A stretch of 64,000 bases of DNA, taken from an uncultured delta proteobacterium. Its GTDB lineage: Bacteria; Myxococcota_A; Polyangia; Polyangiales; Houyiibacteriaceae. Numbering within the stretch: position 1 is the first letter of the stretch; each line of letters opens with the position of its first letter. Made by a program: the position numbers and the translations under genes. Positions 60,066-64,000 of this stretch are shown here, piece by piece. The DNA is taken from the NCBI GenBank assembly GCA_963699755.1, contig CAVOVB010000003.1:1-64000 (forward strand), read 5' to 3'. The notes under the pieces were generated by a model. It saw only the letters and a list, made by a program, of their open reading frames with translations, searched no databases and was not told the origin of the DNA.

Positions 60066-61022
60066 GTGTCAAGAGCGTCCGACAAGGATTTTTCCGTGAT
60101 CTCGCGGTCCAGCGCCGCCGTGTCGCTGAGACGATCGGGTTACAAAGTCCCAGGGTTCCCGGGGCTTCTCGGCACGGATCTCTCGCAGATGTCACGGGAG
60201 GACAAAGTCGAGCTGCTTTGGACGATCCTGCGACGCAAGATTCATGGCCTATCCTTCAGCCCCTACATCGAGGGGCAGTCTCCCGGGACGGAGATCAGCG
60301 AGGAGCAGATCCGCCAGCGGCTCCAAATCATTCAGCCGTACACGCGGTGGATTCGAAGTTTTTCGTGTCGGGAGGGCAACCAGGAAACGCCCCGCATCGC
60401 GCATGAGAACGGCCTGAAAACGATGGTTGGCGTCGGGCTATCGCTGGAGCTCGACAAGAACGAAATCGAGTTGCGCAATGGCATCGAGGTCGCTCGCGCG
60501 GGGCATGCCGACATCCTTGCGGTCGGCAACGAAGTCATGCTGCGCGAGGATCTCAGCGAAGACCAGCTGATCGATTACATGGAGCGCGCGAGAAGCGCAG
60601 TGCCCGATGTCCCAGTGGGGACCGTCGACGCCTATTTCCTCTTCGAAAATTATCCCCGCGTCGCCGCAGCCTGTGATCTGCTGCTGGTCAATTGCTATCC
60701 CTTCTGGGAAAGCTGTCCCGCGGAGTACGCCCTATTGTACATGAAAGAAATGTATCGGCGGGCGCAGAATGTCGCGGATGGGAAAAAAGTCATCATCAGC
60801 GAAACCGGTTGGCCTGCCGTCGGGTCTCCTTTCGGTTCGGCGATACCCTCGTACGACCACGCGCTCGAGTACTTCATCCGGACGTATCACTGGGCCCACG
60901 AAGAGGGTATCGAGATCTTCTATTTCTCGTCATTCGACGAAGCCTGGAAAATTGGCGACGAGGGCGATGTCGGCGCCCACTGGGGGCTCTGGGACAAAGA
61001 TGGCAATCCGAAATTCGTCTAG
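60066..61022 (+). CDS. GH17 glycosidase
   Basis: FSPY, AVGNE, NCYPFWE, ISETGWP, FDEAWK. Confidence 0.92.
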   Translation: MSRASDKDFSVISRSSAAVSLRRSGYKVPGFPGLLGTDLSQMSREDKVELLWTILRRKIHGLSFSPYIEGQSPGTEISEEQIRQRLQIIQPYTRWIRSFSCREGNQETPRIAHENGLKTMVGVGLSLELDKNEIELRNGIEVARAGHADILAVGNEVMLREDLSEDQLIDYMERARSAVPDVPVGTVDAYFLFENYPRVAAACDLLLVNCYPFWESCPAEYALLYMKEMYRRAQNVADGKKVIISETGWPAVGSPFGSAIPSYDHALEYFIRTYHWAHEEGIEIFYFSSFDEAWKIGDEGDVGAHWGLWDKDGNPKFV

Positions 61023-61779
61023 CCTGAGAGCCATCCTGTGTTTTGCGATCGCTATCGCCTTGGAGCTTGCACCGACGAGCGCTCTGGCCAAACGCCCCAG
61101 TCACGACCCAGGGCGCAGCGAGTACCGCGCTCCCAGAGCGATGCAAGCGCCCAAGGTCGACGGCGTCGCCGATGAGGCCATCTGGCAAAGAGCCCGCTGG
61201 CATGAGATCAGCCATCGCTGGCTCGGTCCCGAGTATTCAGCGAACGATTTCCAAGGTCGTTTCAAGGTGGTCTGGACCGCGGAACGAATTTACGTTCTAG
61301 CGGAGCTCGTCGACGACGTTTTGTTCGATAGCCACCGCGACCCGCTCGTCCAGTACTGGGATGACGACTGCCTGGAGATCTTCCTCGACGAGGACTATTC
61401 GGGGGGCAATCACCAGTACAACCACAATGCCTTTGCCTATCATATGTCGCTGGACAACCAGGCAATCGACATCGGCACCGACAAGCTACCGCACAGCTAC
61501 TCCCATCACGTGCAGAGCCAGTGGCGGCAGCACGGCGACAACGTCGTCTGGGAGCTCGCGATCGACGTCTACACAGACAACTACATAGACGCGTCGGACA
61601 AGAATGTGCCGGTGAAGCTATCCGCGGGCAAGGTGCTGGGGCTCATGATCGCCTGGTGCGACAACGATGGCAGCGAGCTCCGCGAGAACTTCATCGGCTC
61701 GGAGTCGGCGCCGGGGGAGCACAAAGACCGCGGCTGGATCGACGCCGGGCTCTTCGGCTCGCTGGTGTTGGTCGACTGA
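61000..61779 (+). CDS. CBM9-like sugar-binding protein
   Basis: P.VDG..DE..W, DDCLEIFLDED.SGG; start uncertain. Confidence 0.8.
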   Translation: MAIRNSSSLRAILCFAIAIALELAPTSALAKRPSHDPGRSEYRAPRAMQAPKVDGVADEAIWQRARWHEISHRWLGPEYSANDFQGRFKVVWTAERIYVLAELVDDVLFDSHRDPLVQYWDDDCLEIFLDEDYSGGNHQYNHNAFAYHMSLDNQAIDIGTDKLPHSYSHHVQSQWRQHGDNVVWELAIDVYTDNYIDASDKNVPVKLSAGKVLGLMIAWCDNDGSELRENFIGSESAPGEHKDRGWIDAGLFGSLVLVD

Positions 61780-61801
61780 GTCGCTCCCGACTGACGGTCG
61801 G

Positions 61802-62866
61802 TTAGTCCGGTCGACGGTTCACGTCCGGAAGCTCCTGAAGTAGCCGCTTCGGGGTTCGATCGACGTTGAACAAGCCCCAGTGTTTTTCGGCGCCGAATGG
61901 AGCATCCGGATTCCCTTTCCAAGGCTCGTCGAACGCCTCGAAGAAGAACACCGTCGTATTCGTGTCGCGCGCCCATTTCTGGACCTCGAGATAATGACGC
62001 GCCTGGTTTTCCTCATTCGCCCGGTCCCCAAACTCGTCCGCGATGGTTGCCCAGCCCGCTTCCAAAATCGCAATGGGCTTGTCGGGCAGCGCGGCACGCA
62101 CACCCTCGATGTTTTCGATCGTGTATGGAAGCGCCTCGTCGATGGTCTTACCTTCCCACTCGGCGTAGGTATGGACGCCAAGAAAATCGACCTCGGCCGC
62201 GAGCGCAGCGCCCTCGCGGATCCACCATGCGTAGTTCTCCGCGACGGTCACAGGCTGGTCGATGGCGGCCTTCACAAGCCGGACGTAGGCGATCACCTTT
62301 TTCACTGGCACCATGTGGTCGTTCCAATCGACGAGCGCTTCATTGCCGACGTTGACAGCGACGACGATGTCTTCGAATTTCTGCGCAAGCTTGATACCGC
62401 GGCGCAGCTCGGCGGCATTTCTCCAGGTGTTGGCGGTCAACTCGCTTTCCGGTATCGGCTCATCCAACCAGGGACAGCCCTCGTGGTTGCTGAGCTCAGC
62501 GTCCAGCCAGATGCCCAGCATCACTTTGATCGGGAGCCGGTGCCGCCGAATCAGCTCGAGGGTCAACGAGGAATTCTCACCGGAATCGTAGAGGCGGATC
62601 AGATTGAAATTATGAGCCGCGAGAATCCTGAGGTCCTCGAGGATCTCATCCGCGCTTGGATTTGCGGCGCCGTGACCACGATCCGGATACTGGCCTTGCC
62701 GAAACCCAGAATACGCAATAGCCATGACTTCTCCAGCGATCAATCCGTTCGGCGCCGAGTCCCGAAGCTCCGTCGAGATCGGCGAACGGATTGTGTGGGA
62801 TCCCGAGTAGCATCCGGCGACTGTACTCGTGAGTGCTGCGACTCCTTCTGTTGGTTTCATATCCAT
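61802..62866 (-). CDS. GH17 glycosidase
   Basis: AYSGFR.GQ.P, NVGNE, ILEAGW, FDEPWK..EKHWG; TGATG coupling to GH16. Confidence 0.9.
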   Translation of the reverse strand: MDMKPTEGVAALTSTVAGCYSGSHTIRSPISTELRDSAPNGLIAGEVMAIAYSGFRQGQYPDRGHGAANPSADEILEDLRILAAHNFNLIRLYDSGENSSLTLELIRRHRLPIKVMLGIWLDAELSNHEGCPWLDEPIPESELTANTWRNAAELRRGIKLAQKFEDIVVAVNVGNEALVDWNDHMVPVKKVIAYVRLVKAAIDQPVTVAENYAWWIREGAALAAEVDFLGVHTYAEWEGKTIDEALPYTIENIEGVRAALPDKPIAILEAGWATIADEFGDRANEENQARHYLEVQKWARDTNTTVFFFEAFDEPWKGNPDAPFGAEKHWGLFNVDRTPKRLLQELPDVNRRPD

Positions 62867-64000
62867 CAATACCTGCCGGTTTCTTGTTCGCTGGGGCCAT
62901 TGTAGACCCAATCATCGGTTCGAAAGCTCGCGTCCGCGGCCGCTCCGGGAATCCCCATCACGACGCCGGGTGGCAAGTCGGTGCTGTTCGGACGGACGGC
63001 AGCGCCCTCGAAGACGAACCTGCCGTTGCTAGATGGATTGCCATGTTCCATGGAGTCGAAGACGACGGGCGAGCCGGGCGTGTCGGCCGCGGGCTGCTGG
63101 TACACCCGGACGTAGTCGATGACGTAGTTCTGCGGAAACACGGTGCTGCCGTCCGGATCTCCGGGAAAATTTCCACCAACCGCCAGATTCAAGAGCAGAT
63201 GGAAATCTACGTCGAAAGGCGCAGGGTACGGTCCACCGGTCGAGTACCAATCTGTTCTAGTGGCGTACAGCTTGCCATCCAGACACCAGCGGATTTCGTC
63301 ATCGAGCCACTCGATGGCGTACTCGTGAAAGTCGGTGGCGGTTCCGGTCGGCAGCCGGGTACTGGAACCAGAAAGCTCATTGCCCGGCGCCGTACCGCCG
63401 TAGTGAATAGTGCCGAAGATCTGCTCTGGGTTGCCGCCGCTCGACTCCATGATGTCGATCTCTCCGCAGGCGGCCCACGTACCGTAGATCGACGGGTCGC
63501 TCGAGAACAACCAGAACGCCGGCCACATGCCTTGCCCCACGGGCAGGCGCGCGCGCATTTCGAAGCGTCCGTAGGTCCAGTCGCCGCGCCCGAGCGAGCG
63601 GAGACGCGACGACGTGTAGTTGAAAGGGCCGACGGATTCCTCACGCGCCTGGATGGTCAACACGCCGTTTGCGACCGTGGCGTTGTTGGCGGTGTACCAC
63701 TGCAGCTCGTTGTTGCCCCAGCCTGGAATGCCGAACTGCGATCCGTCGCCGAGCTGAAACTCCCACTTCGATGGATCGACCGCGCTGCCATCGAACTCGT
63801 CCGCCCACACCAGCTCATAATCCGGTAGCGTGAAGCATGGGAGGCCCCCACACTCCACCTCGACGCTCCTGGTCTGGTCGCAGGCTTCGTCGCCCTCGCT
63901 CACCAACACGCTGATCGTTTGTGTCCCAGGCGACCCGCAGCTGTACTCGGTCGACCGCGCTGCCGGATCCCGGAAGGAGCCGCTGGTCGCCGTCAACGCT
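62866..64000 (-). CDS. GH16 laminarinase-like (5' end probably outside window)
   Basis: WADEFDG, GWGNNELQWY, WPAFW, GEIDIME. Confidence 0.93.
   Translation of the reverse strand, partial: ALTATSGSFRDPAARSTEYSCGSPGTQTISVLVSEGDEACDQTRSVEVECGGLPCFTLPDYELVWADEFDGSAVDPSKWEFQLGDGSQFGIPGWGNNELQWYTANNATVANGVLTIQAREESVGPFNYTSSRLRSLGRGDWTYGRFEMRARLPVGQGMWPAFWLFSSDPSIYGTWAACGEIDIMESSGGNPEQIFGTIHYGGTAPGNELSGSSTRLPTGTATDFHEYAIEWLDDEIRWCLDGKLYATRTDWYSTGGPYPAPFDVDFHLLLNLAVGGNFPGDPDGSTVFPQNYVIDYVRVYQQPAADTPGSPVVFDSMEHGNPSSNGRFVFEGAAVRPNSTDLPPGVVMGIPGAAADASFRTDDWVYNGPSEQETGRY

Overview
High-GC DNA, probably from Myxococcota (inferred from lipoproteins with GGSGGTAG linkers). Bases 1 to ~49,900 are a tandem array of small integrative elements stacked at the 3' part of an initiator tRNA-Met gene. 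No complete tRNA is in the window; it opens on the tRNA 3' end. I count about 15 tRNA-derived att junctions, used by two recombinase systems: a large serine recombinase (LSR, <1-1685, minus) acting at the acceptor-stem core GGCCCCCGCAACC, and a tyrosine integrase plus excisionase (17970-19332, minus) whose right ends duplicate the tRNA from the anticodon loop. The main observation is a 75-bp repeat present 7 times. It is both the missing half of the LSR attP (restoring a symmetric 50-bp site) and the displaced last ~20 codons of the LSR gene (RYAQRCP[LV]EFG[LV]PMEVVIAA*), conserved at protein level and ending in an ssrA-like -IAA. Integration or excision would therefore swap the recombinase C-terminus, possibly a degron switch. 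The elements share an oriT-like module but encode no relaxase. Their cargo is intact single genes (secreted lipoproteins, GH26 x2, GH31, GH5, hydrolases, P450/TetR, HicBA, UppP) mixed with many broken gene stumps. From ~49,900 to the end lies a beta-1,3-glucan (laminarin-type) utilisation cluster (GH16 x2, GH17 x3, GH2/GH158-like, CBM9-like, sugar porter) interrupted by ppc. All calls come from reading the sequence by eye, without database searches.
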